Virus record (IMG/VR): IMGVR_UViG_3300035670_000075
Span: 1 to 64,000 of that record
From: a virus
Length of the DNA stretch: 64,000 bases
Direction: 5' to 3' (one strand)
Under the pieces are notes generated by a model. That model worked only from the letters and a program-made list of their open reading frames with translations, was not told the DNA's origin and made no database searches. This document shows, one piece after another, positions 9,255 through 23,500 of the stretch; within the stretch, counting starts at the first letter, position 1, and each line of letters begins with the position of its first letter. A program made the translations under genes and the position numbers.

Positions 9255-10091
9255 CTATGACTCCTCTAACTCGAAAGCAGTGGCGAAATTATTATAGAAT
9301 GTCGGCGTCATTGCTGACGCCTGCTGCACGTTTTTGCAGATAAACGTACCATCCCGGCGCAGTGAAGCGCCAGCATCCGGGTGCAGAGAAACCAAAATAT
9401 CTCTATATCCGCCGGTAGAGTAGAACATATCGAAAAATGTTGAGCGTTCTGTTGTGCTCAGATAGCGTAAATCAAACGCCGACTTCCTGAAGCGGATACC
9501 TCTGTTTGCTCTCAATCCACCGTCGTTCATGCGGATTTGGGTATCTGTATTGACCCAGCTAATCGGCAAATCACCCCATAACGGATTTTTTTCAGGTGTG
9601 ATGTAATTGCCGCTGATTAGCCGTCCGTAGTCAAGGTGTCCGTCTTCGTTATCAGGATCGGATACAAACACGTCAACCGTGTATACCCCGCTGATTACAG
9701 TATCCAGCCAAATCACCGAAAAAGGCTCCCCCCACCCGGTAAATATCGACGCGCCAAGCTCGTCAATACCCCAGTCAAGATCGCCTAGCGATTTTATCTC
9801 ATACGCGGATTGCAAACCGCTGGCGTATAACGTGTTATCAACACTATCCTTGGCTGTAACACTCCACGTCGCCGTGGTGCTCAGGTTATGGTAAAAAAGA
9901 CCGATGACAGACAATACAGATGGTTTTGCATAAGTTATTGTCATCGTGTGCTCAGTATCAAGCACGCGGCCTTTCGGGTTTCGCCCGTCGCGCTGCAAAT
10001 TTGTTATTGGCAGCGTCGAAACAAATGCAATATCGCTGCTTAGCGTGGCGGCGTCGCTCTCGTTTGACCTGACGATTCTAATATTACTCAT
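9255..10091 (-). CDS. distal tail/baseplate protein
   Basis: Position after TMP and hub; IGLFYHNLS and YGRLISG motifs of proteobacterial siphophage tail proteins. Confidence 0.6.
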   Translation of the reverse strand: MSNIRIVRSNESDAATLSSDIAFVSTLPITNLQRDGRNPKGRVLDTEHTMTITYAKPSVLSVIGLFYHNLSTTATWSVTAKDSVDNTLYASGLQSAYEIKSLGDLDWGIDELGASIFTGWGEPFSVIWLDTVISGVYTVDVFVSDPDNEDGHLDYGRLISGNYITPEKNPLWGDLPISWVNTDTQIRMNDGGLRANRGIRFRKSAFDLRYLSTTERSTFFDMFYSTGGYRDILVSLHPDAGASLRRDGTFICKNVQQASAMTPTFYNNFATAFELEES

Positions 10092-11590
10092 GCAATAACT
10101 TTCAATTCTAGCACGTTGGTTGTCAACGATTCAGTTAAACTTATGATAACCGCGTTTTTACCAGCATCAAAGCCAAATCTTTCGGTAAATATTTTAATTG
10201 TATCACCTAAGTTTACAGTTGACGATGATATTGAGCATTTTAAGCTGTAGATAACCCTTCTCTCACCCCACAAAGTCAAGAGCCTTGACGCTTCTGCTGA
10301 TGCTTGCGTTTGGTCTTGTAGTGCTGTTTCTACAACTTTGGCGTCCGGTGATAGCGGGAACGCGGTTTTAATTGCGGTATCCTCGGCTGATACTTGACGC
10401 CATTCTTGCGCGTACAAGCCTTTTTGGTCTTCATTCAGTGAGCCAGCCAGCGAATCCTCACTTTGCGGGCTGTAGTTCTTTTTGTAGCCTACGGTGATTT
10501 TCCAGCTTGGCTCTATGATTTCTTCTACTCTAAATGAACTTTCTTCTATATCCCAGTCGTTGACTTCTATAACTGGCGATGTGCCTGGTAGTTCAAGTCG
10601 CCTGACTTTTATTTTCCCGGTTCTGTCGATGTAGTAGTAAGCGCCAACAGAGCTTAGTATAAATGAGATAACACTACTGGCGTTGTCGCCGTCCGCAACA
10701 AAAACACCCGTGGTTTGCGTACACAGGGCAGCTAAAGCTGTAAACGATGTGGCATCTATGTCGGCGCTTGGGAATTCAGTGTAATCAGTGATGATCAGCT
10801 TGGCGATCTCGGCAGCATTGGCGGTGTATACCGCAGACGGCGCAGCGCCTTTAATATCGCATGTCACCGTCCCGACGGGCTGCGCAACCAAGTCGAACGT
10901 GCCGTTGTTATGATTTTCTGTGGGCGCGCTACCGCCTGTCAGTGAAGCGCCGTTGTCTCTGATGTCGGGAAAATCGTTTAATTGCCCATCATGCCCCTGG
11001 TAGCGGTGATTTGCGTTGCTGATAAGAGGCGGTTTGGCGTTAAATATCTCCCCGAAGCTCAGTGGTATTTTGTGACCGACATCAGGCCCGGTGGTTATTT
11101 CATCGGGTTGTATTTGCGCATTCAGATACTCGTCTTTACCGCGCATAGTGAAAGAAATGGTCGTTTCATCAAAGCTTGCGTCAATGCATATGCCGCTAAA
11201 AACCAGGCGAAAATCAGATAGACCCCAGGTTTCGTCGCCACGGTAAATTCTGATCTGATGCCCAAGAAACGGGCGATCTATCCATTCATCCAAGTCGCCG
11301 TTGACATTAGATACCGATAGCTCACCCCAACCGCTTTCAGTTTCAAGTGTAATATCGCCGTTGGCAGGGTTTGGCAGTTTTAGTGAGGTCGTAAATACAG
11401 GGTATTGCTCTAAAATTGGATCATAGGAAATATTACCGTCGGTAGGCGACGAAATATAACCTGTGTTGGACGCATAAGATGTCTCTATGCCGGGTGATGT
11501 AATGTCGTACCAATCTATTTCTACCAAGATGACCCGGCGGTTTTTGTCGTTATCAAGCCATGCTTGGTACTGACTGTCGCTAATCGGCAT
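10088..11590 (-). CDS. tail tip/hub protein
   Basis: Coupled to TMP stop; KIPLSFGEIFNAKP, SVGAYYYIDRTGKI, VNLGDTIKI motifs. Confidence 0.7.
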   Translation of the reverse strand: MPISDSQYQAWLDNDKNRRVILVEIDWYDITSPGIETSYASNTGYISSPTDGNISYDPILEQYPVFTTSLKLPNPANGDITLETESGWGELSVSNVNGDLDEWIDRPFLGHQIRIYRGDETWGLSDFRLVFSGICIDASFDETTISFTMRGKDEYLNAQIQPDEITTGPDVGHKIPLSFGEIFNAKPPLISNANHRYQGHDGQLNDFPDIRDNGASLTGGSAPTENHNNGTFDLVAQPVGTVTCDIKGAAPSAVYTANAAEIAKLIITDYTEFPSADIDATSFTALAALCTQTTGVFVADGDNASSVISFILSSVGAYYYIDRTGKIKVRRLELPGTSPVIEVNDWDIEESSFRVEEIIEPSWKITVGYKKNYSPQSEDSLAGSLNEDQKGLYAQEWRQVSAEDTAIKTAFPLSPDAKVVETALQDQTQASAEASRLLTLWGERRVIYSLKCSISSSTVNLGDTIKIFTERFGFDAGKNAVIISLTESLTTNVLELKVIA

Positions 11591-14500
11591 TATTTTTTGC
11601 TCCGCGTTCTGCGCTCTTTTTCAATTTCGCGTTTAAGCGCATCCAAATCCTCTTTGCCGAGGCGCGTCAGCGCCCTTACAATGGCGTCTGTTTGCGCTTG
11701 TGCGTCACCCGCATTTTCCTCTCTCAGTGCGCGTAATTCAGCAAGTAGATCGCGCAGCAGTTGTTTTGTTTCCTCGTCGTCACCGCCGTCTGATTGTACT
11801 CTAATACCGTAATCAGACAATATACGCGAACTCACCGGATCAATAATTTTCTCGTCTTTATGAACACGCGCAACCTGATCGGCAGCAAGCCCGGCAGAAC
11901 CGGAATCATAAGACGGCAGATTGTCTATGCCGTAGGTTCTTGCGGCTTCAAATATTTTATCTATTTCTCCCGCATCAACACCGTAAGCAGTGCCAATTTG
12001 CGCTGTGCTCACATTATTGGCGATGGCGGCTTGCTCTATGTAGCGCAGCGTTTGATCGGTCAATCCGTTCTGCGCAATCTGGTTATCAGTCCATTCTCTG
12101 ATCACGGCGTATAACGCAGGGTCATCTGACTGCTGCGTTTGCACCGCTGATGATTGCTGCGCCGAGACTTGAGTAATCGCTTGCGCTGCGGCTTGAGCGG
12201 CAACTTGTGCGGCGGATTGCGAATCACTGTACGCTTGAATCTGCAATTGAACTTGCGCGGCATAATTGCCAAGCGATTCATGCATCAAGGTAACAGCGGA
12301 CGTTATTTGACCAAGCCCGATACCGATTGAGTTACCAAGATTAAACAACTCAAAGCCAAGGTCTGTTGCAGTAGCCGTACTCATGGTAAGCAGGGAGCTA
12401 TCAATGCCCTCAAGTGTCAATGCAGTTTCAGTTTTTTGCGCTTCAAGCTGCTGCTGCAAACCAACCTCAGCACCCAGCGCAATCTCATCTAAAGCCTGAA
12501 GCTGCTTGATCGCCTCATCGTATAGCTTTTGTGTTTGCGCACTGTAGACGCCATTACTTAGCGGGTCTGACGGCATTGAACCGGCGTTAGATTCAAGCTG
12601 CCCGGCAAAACCAGATAAGTCACCAGTTACCATGCTGAAAATATCGGAGTAAGGCGCTGAGCTTGCGTAAAAGCTTTGTGCTTCAGTAAGAAACTGATCC
12701 GATACGGTTTTCAGTTTAGAGATCGCGTCTTCGTCGCCGCCCTTAGCCAAATTCAGTGTTTGCCGATACTGCTTTTCAGCTTCAGCCATACGCTCCGCGT
12801 TGGTCAGCGTTGATTTGTCAGATAGCATTAAGCTGTCAACGTAATCACGCAGTTCCTTGGCGTATTTCATCAGGTTATCGTAATTTTCTTTTTGCGCCTG
12901 ATAGACCTCTTGTTCTTTGTTAAGCTGCTCATCAAGGCGGTTACTAATCAAACCTCTGACCTGCTCGGCAATCTCAAGTTGCTGCGCAAAATCTCCGCTT
13001 GCAACCGCAGAGTCGAGATCGCCTTGCAGCAAGTCTATTTGCTCGGTAACGCCAAGCCCTTCAAAGCGTTTTTTGCCGCCAATCTCTTTGATGTCATTGG
13101 CGATTGAACCGCGTAAGCTTTGCGCCGAACTGATAAGCTCTTGCGTTGCATCAAACATCGTTTGCGCCGATGTCATCACGGCGTTGCGATACTCGTCATG
13201 CACCGTAATTGCGGATTTCACACTGTCAGCATCACCGGCAACATACTGCAAAGACTCGAATGCTGATTTAGCATCGGCAAGCTTCTGTGTATCAGTCCTG
13301 AAGTCTGTAAGCTCAGTGATTTGGGCTCTCAGGTCTTGGCTCAGTTCTTCTATACCGCCAAGCATATCGCGGTATTCGCCAATCATGGTTTCAGCGTGAG
13401 ACTTAAAGATGTCGATGCGCTGCTGCTGATAAATTTCCTCGGCAACCGCAAGCGCCTGGTTATTGCCGTTAAGTCCTTCGCGCTGCTTGGCATAGCTAAG
13501 CTCTAGCTCGCGCAACTCTCTATCAATGCCTGTGAGCATCATCATTTCGCGTTCGCGTTGCAGGTCTTCTAATGCCTGATTGCCATCACTCATGACTGAT
13601 AAAGTATCGTCGGCAAAGGAGATAAATTCATCAAGCCCCATACCAAGGCTTTGAGCAAGCGCCGTTATTTCGGCGTTACTCATACTGCTTAATAGCCCGG
13701 CAATATCGGTTTCGCTAAAACCTTGATTCAATAAATCAAGCCCGGTAGTTTGCGCGGCAGTCTTGCCGTCCAAATAGGTCGAGCCAAGCTTATCGCGGAA
13801 GTCGTTTAACTTGCCTGTGGTTTCATCAACAATCTTAAGCACATCATCGGCAAAGCCCTTAAATTCTTCCAGCCCCATAGCGAAGTAACCGGCGAGTTCA
13901 ATCAGATCAGCCCCGCTCGCCTGAGATAGTATCGCGGCCAAGTCGTCAGCGCCAACATCACTGTTAATCGCTGTCATCGCGGTTTGTTGTGCTTGCGTTT
14001 GCTCGCCAAGGTATGTTTGGCGAAGGCTTTGCTGCCAATCCATTAACCCCTTCAGCGTTTCCAATACCCCATCAGCAAAACTGGTGAACTCATCATCAGC
14101 AAGCTTGAAGAATTTGGCGTAATCACGCAACTGCTCATCTGTCGCACTGGATAAAATATCGGCACTGCTCGCCGCCGTAAACCCGGTATCCTTAAGAGCT
14201 ACCGCAACTTTTTCGATGTCGCTGGATGCGCCAAGGTAGGTTTCTTTGAGTTTCTTTTGCCATTCAGCAAAATCGAACAACTCTTTAGCTGTTTCCTCTG
14301 TCGTATCTTTGGTTTCATTCAGTCCATCAAGGAAAGACTGATTCGCAGTAACAAAGCTATTCATCGGTGCGACTGCGGTATAAAGGTTCTCCGCCGCATA
14401 CCCCATTACGTCGCTGACGCCTTCAATCGCACTCTTGATTTCAGGATCGTTCATCACCTCAGCGTAAACATCAATCGCATCTTTGATTTTTTTCTTGATG

Positions 14501-17500
14501 TCAGTGTAATCTTTCTTTATTCCGCCTGAAGCATCAGCAACGTCATTGTAAAAACGAACCCCACTATCTTCAAGTTCGCCGCCAGCCGTTGCGCCGGATG
14601 CCGTCAAATTAGCGCCCGCCGCCGTGCCTCCGGTGATAATCATGTTTGATTGCGCGATAGTGCCGTTAATCATTGGCATGATTACGCCCTGCATAATCAT
14701 TTGCGATACGGAGTTGAACACGGTATCCATCATGCGCTCGGCAAACATCGCCGAAAATGCGTGGCTGGCGCGCTGTCCGGCTTCTTCCGCGCTGGATGCG
14801 TCCATGACGGATGACTTTAGGATGCCTGATACATCGCTGGCGCTGAATTGGTTACGCAAATCCAATAACTGCGAAGCAAACACTTGGACTTCAGTGCCGA
14901 ATTCCGCGAGTGAGTTGACATAGCTGATTACAGCCTCTTGATTTGCCGCCAGTTGCAAAGCCAGTTTCTTATGCGACTCGTTTTCCATGTCGAGGGAGTT
15001 CATCAGGTTCTCCATCTCGATAGCGTTACGAGGCACAGCAATACCAAGTTCATCAAAGGTTTGCAGGATATTGGATTCGCTGATTTCACGCCCGGCTTTA
15101 TTGAATACAGCAAGGCGTTGCTCAAACTCGGTAGAGAAGTTGGTAGCCAAAGCTTGAATATTCTCTACGCCGACACCCTGCACGTCATCAAAGGTAAGCC
15201 CACCTGCGCCTTTTACGCCGAGGTCTTTCAGCGTATCCGTCAAATCTTTTAACCCTTCTTTGGCGGTATAAAACACACCCATCTGACCTGCCATTGAAGT
15301 CAGTGCATTGTAGGCGTTCTGCCCTTCTACCGTAGTCAGGTCAAGCGATTCCACCAGCAAGCGGTATTGCTCACGGGTTGCCGGTAAGCCGTCCGCGCTC
15401 ATCTGAATACCATTCGCGGCGGCAATTGCATCAATGCCGAAGTTACTGAAGATGTTGGCGAACTGCGCCGATGTGGTAGCAAACTGCTTGCTATTGCGCT
15501 CTGACTCGGAATAGAAATTCTCGTAGAACGATTGCGTGTTTGCTGTCAGCGTGCCAAGCCCGCCTGACAGGTCAATAAACTCCTTGGTCAGTAAGTTGAC
15601 ATCGAACCCCGCCTGCTGGAACACAGTGCCAAGCTGCTGGAAGTCACCGGCAATCTGGTTAAAGTTGTCACCCGTCAACTCATCACCAAGCCCCTGCATG
15701 TACGTCAACATGGCTTTGTTTACGCCGGTCATTTTACTGGCGTCGAGATGTTGAATAGCGAATTGCAATGCGTCTTGCCCAGTTTCTTCCATCCAGGTTT
15801 GCAACTGCTCTTGCAAGTCGTCCTTGCCTTTAACGTCAAGCTCAGGATTAAATTCGGCTTGGAATATAGTCAAAATATCCTGTCCAAACATCTGCCCAAC
15901 GCTGGATACCATGCTGTCAAGTTGCGAAGCAAATGCGGCAAGCGGGTCATAAACGCCCTTCGCCATTTCAGCATAACCAACCCAGTCACCTGTAAGTTGA
16001 TCCTTGGTTCCGGTTCCAAATCCACCTGTCTCTGCATTATAGGCGTCATATTGGTGTCTGCGACCCCCAAAGGTTTTCTTTCTACTTCTATTAACACCAA
16101 CCTCTACGTCACGCAGACTACCTTTTGCTGAAATATCATCCAAGCGGTATGATTTGTCGAAACTCACAAAACTGCTCAGCGCCTTGATTGCAAAGCCAGC
16201 GGCAGTACCCCACCCAGGTATCATTGAAACACCAGCCGCAATACCGTCTACAATACCCTTCTGCCAGTTACCATTAGCAAAGCTAAGCAAGGATGACCCA
16301 ATATCCATCCACGGCACAGAACCAAGCTTGCCAAGCCCACCAGAAGAACTGAATAGCTTGTCCATGCCAAGCGACTTGCCGATATTTCCAAGCTTCTCCA
16401 TTCCCCAGTCTTTGATGCCGCCTAGCCACTTGGTTGCATCAGGAAAAGACTTACTGACCCATCCTTTCGCCGTATCCCACATACCGCTAATGCCGGTCTT
16501 CATGGATTTTGCAACGTCGCCACCAAACAAGCCTTCGTTCTGCGCCTGAATCATCTCGTCTTGCTGCGAACCAGGGACAGTCCAATTCTGCGGTGCCGCG
16601 CCAATCATCGCCGCCGCGTTCATGCTTTGTGCTGCAAGCATGTTAAAGCTTTGTGCCACCGCACCAGCGGAGTTAACCACTTCCATGTCAGCCGCAACGC
16701 GCGGATTCGATTCTTGTCCGAACAACTGATCCAGCACTGAATCCACTTGCTTCTTGTACATTGCTGTCAGGCGTTGGGTGAACATGTCTTTCAGCGAATT
16801 TCCCATGTCCTTGAAGCCGTCACTGGCGGATTTTTGCCCGGACATAATTTCAGCGAAACTCTGCGACACGGCATCTTGCACGCCGTACCAGAAGTCTTGC
16901 GATTCTTTAACTGAGTCGATGTACTCGCGCTGCGCCAGGATTAAGTTTTGCGTGCCTTCGTCGGCGTGCTGCAAGCCTTGGTCACGCAGGTAGTTGTAAT
17001 CCGTCTGCTCCTTGCGCGACATGCCGAGTAGCTTCAATTCCTCGTTCATGCCGTCAATCACGCCAGCCAAGTTTGCGCGGTCTTTCTCCAGCGCTAACTG
17101 TTGGATTTTTTCTTTGTTGAGATTCGCCGCCGCCTTGCCGTGCTTCTGCTCATACTCGAACAGCAGTTGTTGGTAAGTGGTCAGCGACTTGTTGTTCTTA
17201 ATCCTTTCAACTTCCAGCGCCTTCAGTTCATTGGCAACATCCGCCTGCGCGTTCATCGCCTGCACGCCAAGGATCGTCCCCGCGTCAACGCCTTTGTCTT
17301 TTTGCTCGTAAGCGAACTTCTCGCCTTCGCTCATGCCCGCTACAGCCAGGTTTTTCGAGGCGTCCTGAAGGAGTTTGGCGGCTTCGGCTTGTTTACGCAG
17401 TTCGACAGTGCGATTCACCAAGTCCATGTTCGACTTGACCACTTCTGCGCCGTATTCGTTTTCCAGGTCGAGAATAAACCGCTGATCCTCGGTTATATTG

Positions 17501-20500
17501 CCCATCACCAGGTTATGTTCGATGACCTGCTTGTTGAGTTTTTCGCGTAGTTTTTCAGACTCAGAAAGCTCTTTCTTTTCTTCCTTAGCCGAATCCTTTG
17601 CGGCTTTAGCACCGTCGATCTTGGCTTGGTTAATTGCCATCTCTGCGGCTTTGCGGCGCACATCAGCCTCAACCATCGCCTCAGCGCCAGCGATGTTGCC
17701 GTATATTAATTTTCTCTCTTCTCTGTATCTTTGTAGTTCGTCAAGACCAGCAAAAGATATGGCTTGCTGTAATTTATGCTGTTCTTTTTGATGCTCAGTG
17801 ATAATGGATACATCACGTCTGACTTGCGCCAGATTTTTCAGGCGTTCTTCTTCAGCAGCAATCGCCGCTTGATCAGCGTTTGGCGCAGCACGCATGTCGG
17901 CAATGTTTTTGGCAATGCGTTGCTGGTCTTGGAATAACTGAGCATCCGCCGAGTTCATACCAAGCGTCGCCATTTCATCAGCCATGCCCTTAATGGAGTT
18001 GGTGATGTCTTGCATATGACTGCGCATGTCACCCATCGCGGCGTTGGCGTTTTGGATGTTCTGCACGACCTGCGCAAGAATCCTGCTGCCGTAATCTTCA
18101 GTCAGTTGATTGAGTTTGATTTGCTCATCCGTCAGCCCGATGTTTTTTTGTTCGGACATGAGGGTGTTGAGTTCCTCATTGAAGTTATTGAGCTTTTCTC
18201 TATGTATTGCCTCGTTAGCGCCAGCTTCAGTAACCCCTTCCTGAGCCATCTTCATGCGCTTTTGCGCTTCAGCAAGAGAAATGCTCATCTTCACAGATAA
18301 GGCGAGTGCTTGTGAGCGTTTGTTCTCGGCATCTATGTAGCCTTCGATAAGCGCCTTGTCGCGAAGCTTTTGCTCGTATGACTTAAGATCGCCTTTCCAT
18401 CCTTCCTCTTTCATCTGGTTTATCTTGATGGTGACGGCATCAAGTCCAAGATTGGCAATCTCTTTGTCGATGTCAGCGTTCATCTTTTTGAGTTCGCCAA
18501 CTTGCTCTTCGAGCATTAATATTTCAGATAGCTTGGATATTTCCTCTTTCGATGCCTTATCAGAGAACCACCCCTTGCTGTCCTCATGGAGTTGGTCGAA
18601 GATTTCTTTCTGGCGTTTTTGCCATTTACCAAGCTCTTCTTCTTGTTTTTTGAGTCTAATCTCAGAAACTTTATCGTCAAACACTTTACTGCGCAGGTTT
18701 TCAACTTCAGGCGTGACAACTTTGCCTTGTACCATCTGCGTTCTGGTGTTGATGTTTTTTGCCGATTCGTCTAGATCGGTAAAGTCATGCCCGCTAAACT
18801 TTGCCAACACTCCAAATGCGCTGTCGCGGATACCAGTAAATATTCCGCTCCAGTCTATGTTAGCAACCCACTCGTAGAAGTCAGTGACGTAAGATCGCGC
18901 AATATCAAGCGCATCACTAATAGGTGATTCGATTCCAAAGAAAGCATCTCCAATTGCCATGACAGCAACTATAATCATGGTTATTGGAAGTAATGCCGCC
19001 GCCCACGCAGAACTCATTGCTGCGGCGGCAACTCTGCCAGCAGCAGAAGCACGCAAAGCCGATACAGCCATGAGTCCGTACCATGTTACAGCGCGTCCGA
19101 GCATGGTATTTTGCGCAAGCCACAAAGCTGTCGTTTTGATTAGCCAGATTGTTTGAGTGCGGAAGAACGCCAGGGAGAATGCTGTTATAACGGCGAGTAA
19201 TTTAATTCCTTGCTCTATAGGCCCAAGTAATGCACTCCAGCCATCGACATAAACCGCTGTTGCTGCGCCAGCCAGTGAAATCATGGTTACAATGGTTGTG
19301 AATGCGCCCATTGATGCTGATAGTAACGCCATTGCGCCAGCCGCCACTCTTGCGACGAAAGAGAACATAGCAGTTGTTTTTGATGCGCCGATGGTCGCTG
19401 CGCTGTATCTGAATACACCAAGCGTGAGCGCGTTCCACAATGTTGTTAGCGGTGCAAGTATGGCTTGCATTCCAGCCATCAGCCCGCCTTGCTTATAGGC
19501 AACCGCAAACGAGGCTGATAGCAGTTGGACTTTTCCAATTAACATGCCAAGCGTAAGTAATAGTGGTTGCATTGCTGCTGATAACGCAGATAACGCACCG
19601 CCTGACGCAAACGCGGCAAGCACTGATTTCATGTAGTTGGCAACAAAAGAAACCAGGAATGTCGCGGTGAATTTTGCATTTAGCGCGGTCAACATGCTCA
19701 TTACAATGCTTGATGCAAAACCAAGCATTGCTGCGTACATCACGGCTTCTCCGGCAGATATATTTTTGTAAAAATCCAGCCAGAATCTAGCTGTTTCTCC
19801 GCCTGCTTGTTTTATTGAGTCATCGAGCCTACCGAATACACTTCCAAGCATAACGGCAGCGCCGCCGACCATTGACAGAACGCCAAATAGAATTTTTAAT
19901 TTAGCATTCGACGAAGATATTCCTGCTTCAAGCGCCACGAATACAGTACGCAGTCCAATAAGAATTGTTGACAATGAGAATAGAACTTTGAATAAAACAA
20001 AGAATCTGTCATAAGCATTATCAGCAAGCGAAACAAGTAGACTCAATATGCTGATAACTATAACGAATCCAAGCTTAAGTCTTTTTGCCATAACATCACT
20101 TAAGCCTGACATCAAATTTCTTAAAATCTCAGTCGGAGCCAAAAGCATCCCAATTAGCGATGCCCCGTTCTTTGCTCCCCTCTCTAATTTGATGATGTTT
20201 AGAGCAAGCAGTCCTATTGGCGCTACCGTCGTCAGCAATACATCACTTAGCGCACCGAAAGAATCTTCCGTGTTCATAACAGAATCAATAACAGGAGATA
20301 TAACTCCTGAAAAGAAAGACAACCCGGCAGTGACAACGCTAATCGCTGCCGCAACCTGAAGATTAGCACCAGCAAACCCTGCAAACCCAGCAATTAGTGG
20401 GACTAATGCAATGCCAATACCGAATAGAAGTTTTTCGTAGTCAGAGTTGATTTCAGGTAGCGCCATGCTCTCTCCGCGCTTTGCCATTGCATCGAACTCT

Positions 20501-23500
20501 GCATTGCGCTTATTGATTGCTCTGGTTTCACTGTCGAACAACCCCATCCATGTATCATGAACAGATTGCCATGCGCCGGAAAATGTAGATACGATTGAAG
20601 TACCCAAGTCAGCCCAATACGACTTGACCATATCGAGATTGCCAAACCCGCCAGTTACAATCCCAAGCATACTTTGGTTTGCAATGCCTTCTTGCTCTTG
20701 AGCGATGTTTTTGAATAGCTCGTTATTGCGTTTTCTTGCTTCGGCAAGATTATTTTCTTCGGCGATGAACTTGTTATATTCAGCGAGCATTGCGGATGCT
20801 TGTTTGGCCTGCTCTTTCAATGAATCATCGCCAGCGAGATATTTGCTGATAACCTGTTTTTGCTGCGCAGCCTGCAAATCGTACAAAGACTTAGCTTGTT
20901 CAAGCGTTGCTTTCGCGCCGATGTCGCGGCGTATTTTCTCAAGCTCAAGCGCATGTCCGGTTAATTTTGACAGTGCAAGCTCATCTCTTGCCGCCTGAAT
21001 CTTAGACTTGTAACTGTCAGTAAGCTCTTTTTGTGCTCTTACAGCATCTTCAGCAGCCATCTTGCGTGCTTTCTCAGCGTCCACCTGATCGTATATCGTC
21101 TCAGTTAGCATGATGGTTTCAGCATCGACACCTTGTAGTTCGGCTTGGTATTTTGCCCACCCTCTCTCTGTCATGCTTTCTTGCAATAATTTTTCTTGCG
21201 CCGCCGCAAGGTACTTGGCTGATTCAGATTGATCTCTTTTGGAGACAAGATTCATCGCCACATCGACACTGATATTTTGACGCAACAAATCGTCAACGAA
21301 TTTGTCACGCTCGCTCATTCCGGCTTGTGCAATCGCCTTCTCCGTGTCTTGAATCGCCTTAAGCGCCTCTTTTTCTGCTTGTGCGCGTTGCTTAGTTGCT
21401 TCCGCAGCCTGCTCAAGTTCTTCTCGCTCTTTGATAACCGCTTGGAGGCGTTGCAGATGAATATTGTTATTTCCAGCGCCAATCTCTCTTAAGGTAGAAA
21501 TAGCATCAGATGTATTTAGCTCGTCTTTCTTAAGCTTGTTGATGTCCTGCTGAATCTCTTTGATTGCTTCTTTAGCAACACGCTCTTGCATGAGAGACGC
21601 AACAACTTCTATTTCACGCGCAACCGCATCAGCACCAAGCGCATCTGAGCCGCCAATGCCAAACCAGCCTTCTTTGCCTTTTGCTAACGTATCGCGCAAC
21701 TCATTTAGCTTAATCATTTCGTCTGAAAATCCAAGCTTGCCGATCTCTTTGTCAAGCTTTTCAATTTCCTTGCGCTGTTCTTGAGCTACTTTTTTCGATT
21801 CCTTGCTGAGTGACTGTATTTCTTCCGCAATCTTGCGCTGACGCAATGATTCAGCAGCGTCTACCGCCGCTTGATTAACCTGTTTGACGGCAACGGCAAG
21901 TTCGTTTTCCTTGTCTATGATGCGGCGCAAATCATTATCGACATACTCAAGTGATTTCTGAAACTCGTCGTTAGCAACTGGCTTGCCTCCGGCTTTTGGC
22001 ATGGAGACTTCAGGTATTGATAATTCGGGCTTGCCGAACAACGATTTAACCCAGTCAATTGCGCCGCTGAACGCAGACTTAACGGCGTCCCAAAGGTATT
22101 TTGCTCCATTGGTAATACCTTCGGAAAACGCTTGCATCATGCCCATGCCGCTTGCGGTCAGGCTTGAGAACGGGCCTTCTTTAGCGTCAGAACCGGGGAA
22201 TAGATTCCACACCCAGCCGAATACGCCGCTAATCGCATCCCACAGAGATTGTGCTGCGGATGCCACGCCTTCGGCAATCGTGGTGATAATTGCCGCGCCG
22301 ATGCCGAGCGTAGCTTTTGGTATTGCGAGCAAAGTACCAACAATAAGCTTTCCGACTTTATAAAGACCATACAAAGCCGCAACCAGAACAGCAACACCGG
22401 CAGCAACCGCCAAAACAGTCGCCGTCACAGGGCTTGTGGCAACCATGACCGCTAACGCCCACCCACGCCAAATAGCCGTACCTTTTATGAGCGTCAGCAT
22501 GGATGCTTGCGTCACTTTGCTTGCCGCGATTTGTGCAAGTTGATATGCTGTTACCGCAGTTCTAGCAAGGATATAAGCATTCTGCATGGCAAGCATAACA
22601 ACCGGGACGCCAACGAAAATACCAATAGACCAGGCGATAGTGTTTGCCAATACCTTGTGTTCTTCGGCAAATGCAGCCCAATCGTCTTTTAGTGCGGCAA
22701 TTAACGTGAATGCGATACTTAATCTTGCTGCCATCAATTGCATAGGCGTCAATGTCGCCATAAATGCAACGATAGCAGGGATAGCGAACATCTTGATTGC
22801 AGTGTAAGCGCCCATGATACCAGCGGTAATCATCACCAGCATTTGTCCGCCTTCACCAAGTCCGTTCCACAGGTTGTAAAGCGAACTTCCAATGTCTTTG
22901 ATAGCCAGCCAAACTGACTGCACCGCGCTTAAAAGCTCTTCTCTGAAAGCCCACGCCAACTTAACAACAGCAACCGCAAACCCGCCCCAAATACCGGCAG
23001 CCGCACCGAACTTCATGGTCAGCGCAAGAATAACCAGCATGTCAGCAGATATGGCTTTGACAATATTTTGAACCGGACTCCACATGCCATTCCAGCGTGC
23101 GGCGATGGACTCAGAAAGCAGTTTTATTTCATCGAAGATACCGCGAAGCTTATCAAACGCCGAACGCACCGGAGCAATCAACCCATTCTCAGTCGTCTTA
23201 AGCCAATTGATAAAGCCTGTCCACAGACCTTTTGCGTATTGAATCGCGCCGTCAAGACCGGATTGCACCGCGCCTTTGACGGTGGTGAAGGCGGCTTTGA
23301 ATGCGTTGCCGATGCCGTCGGTGACAGTTGCCAAGTTAAGTGACGGCAGTTTGATTTCAGGCAGCTTGAAAGCACCCAAGCTTGGCATCTTGGCGTTGAG
23401 CGAAAGCCCGCTAACGGCTGACTTGATTTGCGCCACGCCTTCACGGATGGGTTCTACGGCGCGGACGATGTTTTCACCGAAGGCGTCAAAGATGGCGCTG